The notes below the pieces were generated by a model that had not been told where the DNA came from, did not search any database, and saw only the letters and a program-made list of their open reading frames with translations. Shown piece by piece: positions 38,712-48,300 of a stretch of 48,300 bases of DNA. The translations under genes were made by a program, and so were the position numbers. The first letter of the stretch is position 1, and each line of letters starts with the position of its first letter. Source of the DNA: Candidatus Gottesmanbacteria bacterium RIFCSPHIGHO2_01_FULL_40_15 (GTDB taxonomy: Bacteria; Patescibacteriota; Microgenomatia; 2-02-FULL-39-11); NCBI GenBank assembly GCA_001779115.1, contig MFJF01000001.1, positions 1-48,300 on the forward strand, given 5' to 3'.

Positions 38712-40061
38712 ATGGCTTTTAAAAACACTTTACTGTTTCGCTTATTTCCCTTTATCCTTCTTTTTATCCTTGCAGTTTTAGTCCGCTATCAATATTGGAC
38801 CGTTCATCCTGTTCTCTTTGCTTCTCCGGATACTTACGGTTATTATATTGCCGGCCAAAGGTTGATTACCGAAGGAATTATAACCGATGATGCCAGACCT
38901 CCTTTTTACTCCCTTATTCTTATTCTTCCTTCTTTTTTAAAAGGCAGACCCGAAACACCGATACTGTCAGCGGATTTCTTTGCTGATATGCGGATTATCA
39001 TTCTTTTTCAGTCATTTTTGGGACTATTATCACTTGCGGTTCTTTACCGTATTTTGAGTATTTTGAAATTCTCACGGCTTGTTTCTTGTCTTTTTACTCT
39101 CTTTACCGGTCTCAATATCATGATTTTTTCCATGGAGAGGATACTGATGACTGAAACCGTTACCGCATTTTTGATTCTTCTCTATACTTTGACTTTTATT
39201 AATTTGATAAAATCCTGGAGTTATAAGAAATTAACTGCCCTCTTTTTTCTGCTGATACTTATTTTTCTGACTAAACCGATTTACATTCTTCTTCCTGTTT
39301 TCAGTTTTATTATAATAATTCTTATTTTCGGAAAGAAAAAAATCATTCCGGCTTCGATTCCTCTGCTTTTTTTTGTTTTGCTCGTTTTTTTATACAGCAG
39401 TCTCAATTACGTCCGTTATGGCTATTATGGATTTTCCAGAACCATTGACTTTAACCTCCTGGGAAAAATTTTAACCCAGAATCTAAATATTGAACCCTCC
39501 CGGGATAATTATTACTATCCTTACCTTTCCCGGTATGTTTCGGCGGGCAAAGAGCCTCAACCGTACCGCTTTATGGAGTCTGTTAATCCTCTGTATTATC
39601 TGGATAAAAAGAAAATGAATAATCTCCAGCCGCTTGTAAGATCAGTCATCACCGCAAATTTTCCGGTTTACTTATATAAATCCCTGTTGGAAATTCCGAT
39701 TGCCATGGTACAACCCAATCTGGAAGTAATTGAAAAACCCGGTTCGGGATCACTTGCCCATATCATTGTTTCCTTTTTAAAATTCTTTTACGAAAAAGCT
39801 CTTTATATAACACTCCTGGCAATTCCTTCTGTATTTTTAATCTCCCTAAGTTTTATTAAGCAAAAAAATTCTGATAACTCTGTTTGGATAATAATTGCCA
39901 TGATAGCTTTTTATCAGGTATTTTTTACGGAAATGTTCGGATATGGGGAATTCGGCAGGATCATATCAGTGACACAACCCCAAATTTATCTCCTTGTTCT
40001 CGGCTTTCTCCTAAAAAAATTTCCCCTTAATATTTTCAGATTGCCGCTTGATAATGACTGA
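38712..40061 (+). CDS. GT-C-type glycosyltransferase-like membrane protein (related to family C)
   Basis: SPDTYGY, RPPFYS, LMTE, LTKP, and EFGR near the last TM. Confidence 0.7.
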   Translation: MAFKNTLLFRLFPFILLFILAVLVRYQYWTVHPVLFASPDTYGYYIAGQRLITEGIITDDARPPFYSLILILPSFLKGRPETPILSADFFADMRIIILFQSFLGLLSLAVLYRILSILKFSRLVSCLFTLFTGLNIMIFSMERILMTETVTAFLILLYTLTFINLIKSWSYKKLTALFFLLILIFLTKPIYILLPVFSFIIIILIFGKKKIIPASIPLLFFVLLVFLYSSLNYVRYGYYGFSRTIDFNLLGKILTQNLNIEPSRDNYYYPYLSRYVSAGKEPQPYRFMESVNPLYYLDKKKMNNLQPLVRSVITANFPVYLYKSLLEIPIAMVQPNLEVIEKPGSGSLAHIIVSFLKFFYEKALYITLLAIPSVFLISLSFIKQKNSDNSVWIIIAMIAFYQVFFTEMFGYGEFGRIISVTQPQIYLLVLGFLLKKFPLNIFRLPLDND

Positions 40062-41706
40062 TAAAATTGTAAAAAACTGTTTCCGGATAGGTTTCATCAC
40101 AATAATCTTATCCTTACTTTACTTCCTGATATTTTCAGCTGTTACTTATCCCGTCATAAAATTTTTCTCTTCGCATTTTTTTACCGGAAACACTGACGGT
40201 TTTCTCCATATCTGGAATCTCTGGTGGATAAAAAAGGCAATAACCCAACTTCATACTGGTATTTGGTATACCAATTTTCTGAATTTCCCCCATGGAGTCT
40301 CCCTTCACGGGCATACTCTCAATCCGTTTAACGGTTTTCTGGCTTTATTTCTTTCAAATTATTTTTCCCAAATCCAGTCACATAATATTATTATCATCTT
40401 CACTTTTGTTTCCGCTGGTGTCACTGCTTTTTGGCTTGCCTTCTATTTTTCCCGGTCTTTCTGGGCTTCATTTATCGGAGGATTTATTTACACTTTTTCC
40501 AGTTATCATTTTTCCCATGCCATGGGACATATGGAACTTATCTCTATTGAATGGATCCCGCTGTTTGTTCTTTTTTGGTTTCTCCTGCTGAAAAAACCCG
40601 GTATTTTCTCTGCCCTCGGATCAGCCCTTTCGCTTTACCTGGTATTTTTATGCTCCCACTATTATTTCATCTATTCAATAATTATCGCCGTTATAATACT
40701 TATCTGGTTTATTGTTAAAACGCGCGGTTTTATTCTCTTGAATAAAAACTTTTATATTCCGTTATCGGTTTTTATTATTGTCTTTATTGTTACTTCTGGT
40801 CCGCTTATCTATTCATATTTCATTTTGCTGAAAAATGATGTGCTAATGGGTTCACATATACCTGAATTCAACTCGCTTGATCTTTTTGGTCTTATTATTC
40901 CCGGCGGCCAGTGGCGGTTTGCCGAAATTACCAAATTTTACTGGTCCCGTCTTGCTTCCGATAATATCAGTGAAGACAGTGTTCATATCGGCATTTCAAC
41001 CGTTATAGTTCTTGTCTATCTTCTGATTAACAGGAAAAAAATAAAATTCCCTTCCCTTTATCTCTGGCTTTTTATTTTTATTTTCTTTGCTGTTGTGAGT
41101 CTCGGACCGGTCCTTCACATACAGGGTCTGACGATTCCCTTGCCCTTAATGCCTTATGTTTTACTGGAAAAAATATTACCTGTTCTTTCCGGTTCCGGAG
41201 TTCCCCTTCGCCTGACTCTGATAGTCTATCTTTCTCTTTCCGTACTGGTGGCCATAGGTATTAAAGAGTTGGCTGCCGGAAACACTTATGAAAAAATCTT
41301 ATTGCTTTTTGTAATAATTCTTCTTTTTATTGAATATTTACCAAAGCCGATTTCTATTACCAAAGTTGCGATTCCTAAGTACATAAATACTTTAAAAGAT
41401 TTGCCTGACGGCGCGGTTATCGACGGGGTATCCGACCGTTATCAAATAATGTATAACCAGACGGTTCACGAAAAACCGATGGCTTTCGGCTATACATCCA
41501 GGGTTCCGATCAGCGTTTGGCAGAAAAATAATCATTTGTCCGAACTGATTAGACTTCGGGATTACACTGCACTCTGCCGTCAGTATAATTTCCGGTATTT
41601 CTTAACAGACAGTGTCGTTGATAATTATTCTGCTTCCGTAAAATATGATGACGGCCGGATTAAAATTTATGATTTTTTCGGGGAAAAAAATAAGTGTGCC
41701 GGATAA
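40054..41706 (+). CDS. YfhO-like GT-C membrane protein
   Basis: DG..HIWNLWW, FPHG, FSSYH....GH, WIPL, SLGP, PLR, and C-terminal YNQTVHEKPMAFGYTSR. The ORF track starts at TTG 40048; ATG 40054 is preferred. Confidence 0.72.
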   Translation: MTDKIVKNCFRIGFITIILSLLYFLIFSAVTYPVIKFFSSHFFTGNTDGFLHIWNLWWIKKAITQLHTGIWYTNFLNFPHGVSLHGHTLNPFNGFLALFLSNYFSQIQSHNIIIIFTFVSAGVTAFWLAFYFSRSFWASFIGGFIYTFSSYHFSHAMGHMELISIEWIPLFVLFWFLLLKKPGIFSALGSALSLYLVFLCSHYYFIYSIIIAVIILIWFIVKTRGFILLNKNFYIPLSVFIIVFIVTSGPLIYSYFILLKNDVLMGSHIPEFNSLDLFGLIIPGGQWRFAEITKFYWSRLASDNISEDSVHIGISTVIVLVYLLINRKKIKFPSLYLWLFIFIFFAVVSLGPVLHIQGLTIPLPLMPYVLLEKILPVLSGSGVPLRLTLIVYLSLSVLVAIGIKELAAGNTYEKILLLFVIILLFIEYLPKPISITKVAIPKYINTLKDLPDGAVIDGVSDRYQIMYNQTVHEKPMAFGYTSRVPISVWQKNNHLSELIRLRDYTALCRQYNFRYFLTDSVVDNYSASVKYDDGRIKIYDFFGEKNKCAG

Positions 41707-42949
41707 TATAAAAAAAATAACCGGCAAACATTAATACATATGGATAAAGCGGCAGTGAAAATCGCTGTTCGGAAACTGACAGAACATGGACCAGTGCATA
41801 ATATCCTGTCATTAAGGTAACACCGGATACGAAAATTAAAGCGGTCTCGCTTTTGGTTTTCTTTAGCCTTGTAATAAATCCCAAAAGTCCCGCTGCGGCG
41901 CTAAAAAGAATCGTTCTGTTTAACCATAACAGAAACACGCTCAATGTCTTATTTTCAGGCTCGGTAAAATAATAAAGAGTTTCTTTATCGAATATATACC
42001 ACATCTTTAAAAGTGCCCGTTTCAGGTAAAAAACCGGTTTTGATTCTATCTCAGAAAGTGATAACTTCAGATATTTTTCAGCCATTTCTTTTCTTTCTTC
42101 CTTGTCTTTAGGAGCAAATGAGAATTCACTGTAAATTTGCCCTACCTGATACGGATAGCTGCTGTTTTCCGTAGGATGAAGAGGCCACCTGTCAACATAA
42201 AGCGACAGGTAGAGCTGTTGAACGAAAAAATTATCAACAGTCATCAGGGAAAATTGGTTGAAATATTTAAGATTACCAAAAATATTGTAAACAAACGGTA
42301 AAAAAAAGAAGAATATGCCGGCAATAATTGCTGCCGCCTTCCATCTGAAACTATCAATTATAGACATGCTTTTATAAATTATAAATGGCAAAATCATTAA
42401 GGCAAAATATAAATTGGTTGATCGCACTTGGACCAGATACCCGGTTAAAATAGTAATTATTGACAGCTTAACAAGAGTCAGTTTCTTCCAAAAACTGACC
42501 AGCAGGTAAAAAATAAGTGCCGTAAAAAATATTGCCGCCGTCTCAGTCAGCATCAGTCCGCTATAAGTTGCGGTGAAAGGATTAATTTGGTAGAGGATAA
42601 ATCCCGTAAATGCCGCGGCCCGGTTTTTAAATATTTTTTTCCCGGTAAGATATACCAGAGAGCCGGTTGCTATATCCATAATGATCTGAAATATGTAAAT
42701 GCTCCATTTAGCGTCAGGTCCAAAGAGAAGAAAAAACGGTGCGATTAGAATTGGGTATCCGTAAAGCCGGTAAGTTTGGGCGAAAAGCCCGTTATTGGCA
42801 ATTCCAATGGCAAAATCCCTGTATTGCAGTTGGTCGTGTACCAAAGGTTGCGGGACAAAAGTAATAAGTATTAGCCGGAAAATAAATCCCGCCGCCAAAC
42901 CGGTCACGATGAGGAAAAATTCCTTTCTGTTGTCTGTTTTTCCTGTCAC
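41660..42949 (-). CDS. PMT_2/GT39-like GT-C glycosyltransferase (family C)
   Basis: PQPLVHDQLQYRDFA, RLYGYP, MLTE, QVRS, EQRFSLPLYP; close paralog of 34013..35317. Confidence 0.8.
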   Translation of the reverse strand: MTGKTDNRKEFFLIVTGLAAGFIFRLILITFVPQPLVHDQLQYRDFAIGIANNGLFAQTYRLYGYPILIAPFFLLFGPDAKWSIYIFQIIMDIATGSLVYLTGKKIFKNRAAAFTGFILYQINPFTATYSGLMLTETAAIFFTALIFYLLVSFWKKLTLVKLSIITILTGYLVQVRSTNLYFALMILPFIIYKSMSIIDSFRWKAAAIIAGIFFFFLPFVYNIFGNLKYFNQFSLMTVDNFFVQQLYLSLYVDRWPLHPTENSSYPYQVGQIYSEFSFAPKDKEERKEMAEKYLKLSLSEIESKPVFYLKRALLKMWYIFDKETLYYFTEPENKTLSVFLLWLNRTILFSAAAGLLGFITRLKKTKSETALIFVSGVTLMTGYYALVHVLSVSEQRFSLPLYPYVLMFAGYFFYIIRHTYFFPRKNHKF

Positions 42950-42972
42950 TTTTTAGGTTATTATAGTCATAA

Positions 42973-44490
42973 ATGTTAATTCTCCACAAACCTGCATTGG
43001 TTCTTTTCATTCTGTTAACTGCTATCTATTTTGCCTCAACATCGGGAGGAGTTAACAGCGGTGACGGATCATCTTATGCTTTGACGAAATCCCTGGGAGA
43101 AAGTCTGACGGTTGAAATTGACCGTTTTAAATCATTCACCTATGATGTCGATTTCGCGCGGGTTAAGGGCCATTATTACCTTGATCGGGAACCCGGTTTG
43201 TCTTTTTTAAGTCTTCCCTTCTACGTCTTGGCCAAAATCCTTTCTCCTTTTGCTTTCCCTCCCTATGCCGGCACTAATCCTGTTGTTGACAGTGAAAGTA
43301 TCCTACAATCCCTGACTTATCTGACAACGGCCGTTTTCGGCTCTTTGGCTGTTGTTTTTCTCTTTCTTATTTGCCGGTCTTTTGGTGCGTCAAAATGGAT
43401 TTCTTTTTTATCCGCTCTCGTTTTTGGTTTGGGTACGCTTAACTGGAAATATTCCGCCGGCTATTTCCGGGAACCAGTCCTTACTTCATTTCTTTTGGCA
43501 TCCGTTTATTTGTTAATTCTCCCTCTGCCATTAAAGAAGTTAAAATCGGGTTTTTGGGTCAAGGCAATCTCCGGTTTTCTCTTCGGAATGGGACTGTTTG
43601 CCGATTACTCCAAGTTTTATCTTTTTCCCTTCTTTCTTCTTTATCTTTTTTTCAGGAATATATCGCAGGTAAAATATGCTGTATCCGCTTTTTTATTAGG
43701 GGTAAGTGTTCCTTTAATATTTATCTTTTCTTACAATTTCAGGGTTTTTAACAATCCGTTTACTAATCCTCATTTGCATAAAACATATTTCCGTTGGATG
43801 AGTGATCCTGCCCTTCTTTTCTCCATTCCGCTTATTCCGGGAATCCGGACTAATCTGATAAGTAACGGGCCGATTGCGGAGGATGTTCTTGTTTTTTTTA
43901 AAAATAACCCGTCCGTTGCCGAACAATATGCCGTGGAACTTTACCATACCTGGATGTACAAAGGAATTCTGGTTCAGACCCCATTGTTAATTTTGGCGAT
44001 ATTCGGCTGGTTTTTTATTTTCCGAAAAAAGTTTTGGGAAAGTCTGCTTTTTATTATTTGTGCCGTATCAATATTTGTGTCAACTTCCAAATTGACGGTT
44101 TTTTGGGGTTCAATCAATCAGGACGGCCGGTATTTCTTGCCCGTTGTTGCCCTCCTTTTTCCCGGATTGGCCGTTTTCATTAATGAGTCATTAAAAATCA
44201 GAAATCGGTTTGTCAGAAATTTATTAATTCTGGTTACCGTTTTTTTGTCAATTATTTCCGTATATAATGGCTGGTATTCCAACATTACCCAATTTGCGCC
44301 TAAAAATACCGGATTCTATCGTTTTAACTATTCATCTCTTTCATCTCCGTTATTCTCTTTAAATAATCTTAAATTGATACTGATAAATACCTTCCCTAAT
44401 TTTCTTAATACGATATTTCTTATTCCCTTATATGCATTTATTTCTCATATACCGGTCAGGATATTTAAGAATATCAAAACCCGTTCTTGA
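42973..44490 (+). CDS. GT-C-type glycosyltransferase-like membrane protein
   Basis: SGDG..YALT, D.A...GHYY.DREPGLSFL.LP, GLGT..W.YS, GRYFLP. Confidence 0.72.
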   Translation: MLILHKPALVLFILLTAIYFASTSGGVNSGDGSSYALTKSLGESLTVEIDRFKSFTYDVDFARVKGHYYLDREPGLSFLSLPFYVLAKILSPFAFPPYAGTNPVVDSESILQSLTYLTTAVFGSLAVVFLFLICRSFGASKWISFLSALVFGLGTLNWKYSAGYFREPVLTSFLLASVYLLILPLPLKKLKSGFWVKAISGFLFGMGLFADYSKFYLFPFFLLYLFFRNISQVKYAVSAFLLGVSVPLIFIFSYNFRVFNNPFTNPHLHKTYFRWMSDPALLFSIPLIPGIRTNLISNGPIAEDVLVFFKNNPSVAEQYAVELYHTWMYKGILVQTPLLILAIFGWFFIFRKKFWESLLFIICAVSIFVSTSKLTVFWGSINQDGRYFLPVVALLFPGLAVFINESLKIRNRFVRNLLILVTVFLSIISVYNGWYSNITQFAPKNTGFYRFNYSSLSSPLFSLNNLKLILINTFPNFLNTIFLIPLYAFISHIPVRIFKNIKTRS

Positions 44491-44493
44491 ACA

Positions 44494-46227
44494 ATGTTTA
44501 TTTTTTTATTCAGATTATTCTTCTTTTTTTCAATAATCCTTTTTGCTCTCCGTAAGGGTGTTTCTTTCAGTCGCAAAATTACCGCCTTATTCCTTTTTTC
44601 GGTTTATTCTCTGGCCTTTCTGTTATCTCCGTATTGGCTTATATTTATTCAATCGGATAAACGCGTGTTTGCCGTTATTACTCTTCTGTTTATTGGTTTG
44701 TTTTGGTCTTATCACTCATCCGGATCATTCAAAATCAAAAGAAAAATTCCTTATCTTCTGCTCATTGTCTTAATTCCGGTCATTATCATTAATTTGCCTC
44801 CTTTGTCCGCCGATATCGCTTATCGGGGGGATGAAGATTACCATTTGACAAGACTGATGGGCTTGACCGGATATTTTGAGCAGTTCAAAACCGGTTCTCT
44901 AAATCTCAAGCTGTTATCGGGCGAAAAACTTTTCCGGTACCCCTACTTAGCCAATTGGTTTTCTTTTTTTCTGTCTTACCCCAATTTGTATGTTCACACA
45001 TCCTTAATCAGAATTTTGCCGTTTTTTTCACTGTTTCTTTGGCTTTACTATGTTACTGCCCGGCTTCACGGATTAAAAATAAATCCGGCAGTTATCTTTA
45101 TTTCCGTTTTTCTTATTGCTTCGCTTCCCTTGGTCTTTTTTTATTCGTCTCTTTTATATCTGGAACTTCCGGCAGTATTTCTTATCACAGTCGTGCTCTT
45201 CAATTTGCCTATACTGATAAACTCTCCCGTAAACCAACTCGTAAAAACACCATCCTGGTACGCCCTTCTTATATCCGGATTTATAAAAGAAACAGTCTTA
45301 CCCGTTACGGTTGCCTTAATCATTTTAAGACTGGTTAAAATTATATTTTCGGGGCCGCTGCTGTTAAAAGAGGCAAAAATTATATTCTTTCTCATGCTCC
45401 CCTATTTTATTTTTCTTTTTTTCCATATATCATCAGGTTTTGCAGCCTCCCGTTACACTTTAAATTTGACCGCTCTATTAACTCCCGAAAACTATCTTAT
45501 TTTGGCAAACTCTTTTTTTTCCCAGTTCGGCTTTTTCTTGATATTGGCGGTTTCCGGTGCTGTTGTTCTCTTTATAAAAGACAGGCGGTTGTTTTTATCA
45601 TATTTTCTTGTGGCTTTAATTATTTTTCTCTTTTTCCTGTCATATTCCGAAAAATATCTGGGTTATTCCCGCTGGAATCTCTACCTTTTACCCGTCTTCA
45701 TCGTATTTTTCATCCGTTTAATTAGCCTCATACCGGTCAAATTTTCGCTTTTGCTTCTGTCATTATCGGTGACCTCTAATCTGCTCCTATCCCCTGTTAA
45801 TCCGGACGGCAGCCGCCGTCCTAACTGGGGATCTCCGCTTATTGATACCGCCGAATACAGCTACCCCTACCAAAAAGCTCTGATCTCGCTTAAAGATTCA
45901 AATATATCCTCTGTAATTCTTGCCGGCATTTATTATCCTTATGACGGTTTTTCCTATTACTTCCGTAACCTTGACTATCATCCGTACATGAAATACGAGT
46001 TTTTTCCCGGCCTGGCAAGCCCGGAAGAGGAAGAATCAGTGTTTACCGGTTTTTTGTCAGCTTATGCTTCAGGAGCCTCATCTCTTCCCCAAAATGCCGC
46101 CATTCTTTATCATTCCCAGAAAAATCTGAATGTTGACAATTCTCTCCTGAATAACGCGGGTTTGGTGGTTGATAAAAAAATAAGAAATATTGAACATTCT
46201 CTTTATATCCTAAAAAGTAATAAATGA
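44494..46227 (+). CDS. GT-C-type polytopic membrane protein
   Basis: RGDEDYH, RYP, YLE, IKE, SRW; about 12 TM and a C-terminal soluble domain. Confidence 0.65.
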   Translation: MFIFLFRLFFFFSIILFALRKGVSFSRKITALFLFSVYSLAFLLSPYWLIFIQSDKRVFAVITLLFIGLFWSYHSSGSFKIKRKIPYLLLIVLIPVIIINLPPLSADIAYRGDEDYHLTRLMGLTGYFEQFKTGSLNLKLLSGEKLFRYPYLANWFSFFLSYPNLYVHTSLIRILPFFSLFLWLYYVTARLHGLKINPAVIFISVFLIASLPLVFFYSSLLYLELPAVFLITVVLFNLPILINSPVNQLVKTPSWYALLISGFIKETVLPVTVALIILRLVKIIFSGPLLLKEAKIIFFLMLPYFIFLFFHISSGFAASRYTLNLTALLTPENYLILANSFFSQFGFFLILAVSGAVVLFIKDRRLFLSYFLVALIIFLFFLSYSEKYLGYSRWNLYLLPVFIVFFIRLISLIPVKFSLLLLSLSVTSNLLLSPVNPDGSRRPNWGSPLIDTAEYSYPYQKALISLKDSNISSVILAGIYYPYDGFSYYFRNLDYHPYMKYEFFPGLASPEEEESVFTGFLSAYASGASSLPQNAAILYHSQKNLNVDNSLLNNAGLVVDKKIRNIEHSLYILKSNK

Positions 46228-47354
46228 AAAAATTATTTACCCGGTTATCATTATTCCTGCTGTCCTTTTTTGTTGCGTTTCTATTGGGAGAAATCATTTT
46301 GTCATACGCCGGCAACAGATATATAACCGGAGACTCTAAGGAAATATTGGTTGCCGACCCTATCCTCCATCATAAATGGCGGCCTAATCTGACATATTTG
46401 GATAAAGCCAGAAAAATTCCTTATCTGATTGAAACCAATTCTCAATCTTTCATTGAAAAAAAGGATATTAAAATAAAAAAACCCGGCGGAACTTTCCGCA
46501 TATTCTTTATCGGTGATTCAAATTCTCAGGGAGTAGTTAATTTTGGTAAAAAAACCGCCGATATTATCGAAAATGAACTCAATCTGCCGCTAAAAAACAA
46601 AAACCGGAGTGTGGAAGTCATAAATAGCAGTACTTCAAGTTATGCCATAATCCAGTATTATCTGCTGGTTAAATACATATTGCCTGTTTATTTTCCCGAT
46701 CTGGTCATCATCAATATTGATATGACTGATATCCCTAATGACTATGCCTACAGAAAATTGGCTGAATTTGACAAAAAGGGTCTGCCTGTTGCCGTCAAAC
46801 CTTCCTCCGGTCAAGCACTTCTTACACCCCGCGGTTTAATTAATCCTTCCGGAAGTAATTTTTTTGTCCGCCTGATCAATAGATCAAAAATCTTATCCAT
46901 GGTTTACGGTTTGTATTTAAAAACCTTTTCACTTGACCGCTTTGAGGATGTTTCCAATATCGTTGATACTTCAGCTGACTGGTTAAGTCTCAATTGGACG
47001 CCCGGCATTCAACAAAATGTCAACTGGTCGCTTAACCTGCTTCTGGAATCTGTAAAAGAATTAAGAAAGAAAAATATTGCTTTTTATGTGACGAGCGTGC
47101 CTCACTATCATCAGTATACGGGCCTTTGGTCGGATAAACCCCACCAAGTTCTTTCTCAATTAAGTTCCCAAAACGGTTTCCCTTTTCTTAATTCGTATCT
47201 TTCACTAAAAAAGTATATAAATACTGTTTCACAGGATGTTTTTTATTGGCCTAATGATCCGACACATTTCAATGAAGAAGGCAATAAAATCTGGGCCGGG
47301 GCTCATCTTGACTTTATCCGGAAAAATAACATTATCCCTCCCGGATTTAAATAA
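46224..47354 (+). CDS. Membrane-anchored SGNH/GDSL hydrolase or acyltransferase
   Basis: N-terminal TM, RIFFIGDSNSQG (block I), VINSS, DPTHFNEEGN (DxxH). Confidence 0.85.
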   Translation: MKKLFTRLSLFLLSFFVAFLLGEIILSYAGNRYITGDSKEILVADPILHHKWRPNLTYLDKARKIPYLIETNSQSFIEKKDIKIKKPGGTFRIFFIGDSNSQGVVNFGKKTADIIENELNLPLKNKNRSVEVINSSTSSYAIIQYYLLVKYILPVYFPDLVIINIDMTDIPNDYAYRKLAEFDKKGLPVAVKPSSGQALLTPRGLINPSGSNFFVRLINRSKILSMVYGLYLKTFSLDRFEDVSNIVDTSADWLSLNWTPGIQQNVNWSLNLLLESVKELRKKNIAFYVTSVPHYHQYTGLWSDKPHQVLSQLSSQNGFPFLNSYLSLKKYINTVSQDVFYWPNDPTHFNEEGNKIWAGAHLDFIRKNNIIPPGFK

Positions 47355-47402
47355 TTTTCGATCAATAATAATGAGTTCCCGACTGTTACTCGTTCAAAGG
47401 GA

Positions 47403-48300
47403 TTACCAGTATTTATTCCTGTACTTTAGATAATAGCCGATTGTTTTTTCGATTCCTTCCGTAAGTTTCGTCTTCGGTGCCCACCCGTATGTTTTTTTAA
47501 TCTTTTCGTAGGATGCGATATAATCTCCTATTTCAATTTTCTCCCGCTCCTCGGGAAACGGTACAACGGATACCCTGCCCATTTTCGCTGTCTTGACGGC
47601 TGTTTTGACAAACTCTGATAGAGACACCGGTATTCCGCCCAGATTATATGCTTCTCCCCATCCTTTTTCGCTTCTCCCGGTCAGATATAAAGCTTCAACC
47701 ACGTCGTCAATATAATTGACATCCCGTATCTGGTTGCCGGTCCCGTAAAGCTTAACTTCCTGCCCTTCCAAAATTAGTCTGATAAACCAGTTTAATACAC
47801 CCTGGCGGGAATGTTTCATCTGATGCCTGGGCCCGAATGTATTGGTCATCCGCAGGGAAACCGTTTTAATTCCGTATACTTTTGTATACATCAGATGGTA
47901 TTTTTCAGCCGCTATGCTGTTAATTCCGTTTATATCGGTCGGCTCCTGCGGATGGTCTTCGTCAACCGGCAAATATTTGGCTTTACCGTACTGATTTCTG
48001 GTTCCCGCAAAAACTATCCTGACATCTGGGTTATATTTTCTGACTGATTCAAGAAGGGACAATTGTGCCCGGCAGTTTATTTCAAGATCCGTCATCGGAT
48101 CTCTCATTGAATCAACATGGGATAATGTTCCAGCCAGATTAAATATTAAATCTTGTCCGCCGACCAGTTTGTTCATTTGCCCGGTATCTCTTACATCGGC
48201 AATAATGACCCTGACTTTGTCTTTAACGGGATTAATATTAAACAAATTTCCCCCGTATCCCGGTATTAGGCTGTCAACTATAACAATCTTTGCTCCCTCC
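47403..48300 (-). CDS. NAD-dependent epimerase/dehydratase (extended SDR), 5' end outside the window
   Basis: The frame is open to the window edge (EGAKIVIVDSLIPGYGGNLFN...). ADVRD, FNLAG, LRMTNTFGPR, YGTGNQIRDVNYIDDV. Confidence 0.9.
   Translation of the reverse strand, partial: EGAKIVIVDSLIPGYGGNLFNINPVKDKVRVIIADVRDTGQMNKLVGGQDLIFNLAGTLSHVDSMRDPMTDLEINCRAQLSLLESVRKYNPDVRIVFAGTRNQYGKAKYLPVDEDHPQEPTDINGINSIAAEKYHLMYTKVYGIKTVSLRMTNTFGPRHQMKHSRQGVLNWFIRLILEGQEVKLYGTGNQIRDVNYIDDVVEALYLTGRSEKGWGEAYNLGGIPVSLSEFVKTAVKTAKMGRVSVVPFPEEREKIEIGDYIASYEKIKKTYGWAPKTKLTEGIEKTIGYYLKYRNKYW

Noticed and set aside
234-48047. Many short overlapping ORFs in the track (e.g. 234..491, 4063..4422, 7747..8052, 12315..12557, 19089..19526, 21097..21504, 44955..45338)
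   Set aside because: They are antisense or off-frame shadows of well-supported genes and have no motifs of their own.

Overview
AT-rich, densely packed bacterial chromosome segment. Gene content and style suggest a Patescibacteria/CPR genome, probably Microgenomates; this is inferred from the split comEC, DUF5671, O-ligase-TPR and WxL-like genes and from -10 boxes lying directly before start codons. From left to right: the 3' end of a probable class A PBP, a divergent PRPP synthetase, comEA and a split comEC, a class II aldolase-like protein, and leuS. Next come a WxL-like surface cluster and a 1709-aa membrane-anchored fibre protein. The last ~26 kb is a glycosylation island: about 12 GT-C-type membrane proteins, an O-ligase-TPR protein, GT2, DegT, GNAT, SGNH, an SDR and yggS. 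Most notable: (1) the fibre protein has a cytoplasmic XerC/D-type core-binding domain with no catalytic domain, joined by one TM helix to a collagen/chaperone-type adhesin, and lies downstream of a ~735-bp AT-rich spacer with repeated dif-half-site-like motifs; (2) leuS is preceded by an unannotated 33-aa leader peptide with full attenuator geometry; (3) the GT-C paralog array; (4) in-frame heptamer and palindromic insertions in LeuRS and DegT. No rRNA, tRNA, CRISPR array or intact mobile element was seen. All domain calls come from motif recognition by eye, not from database searches.
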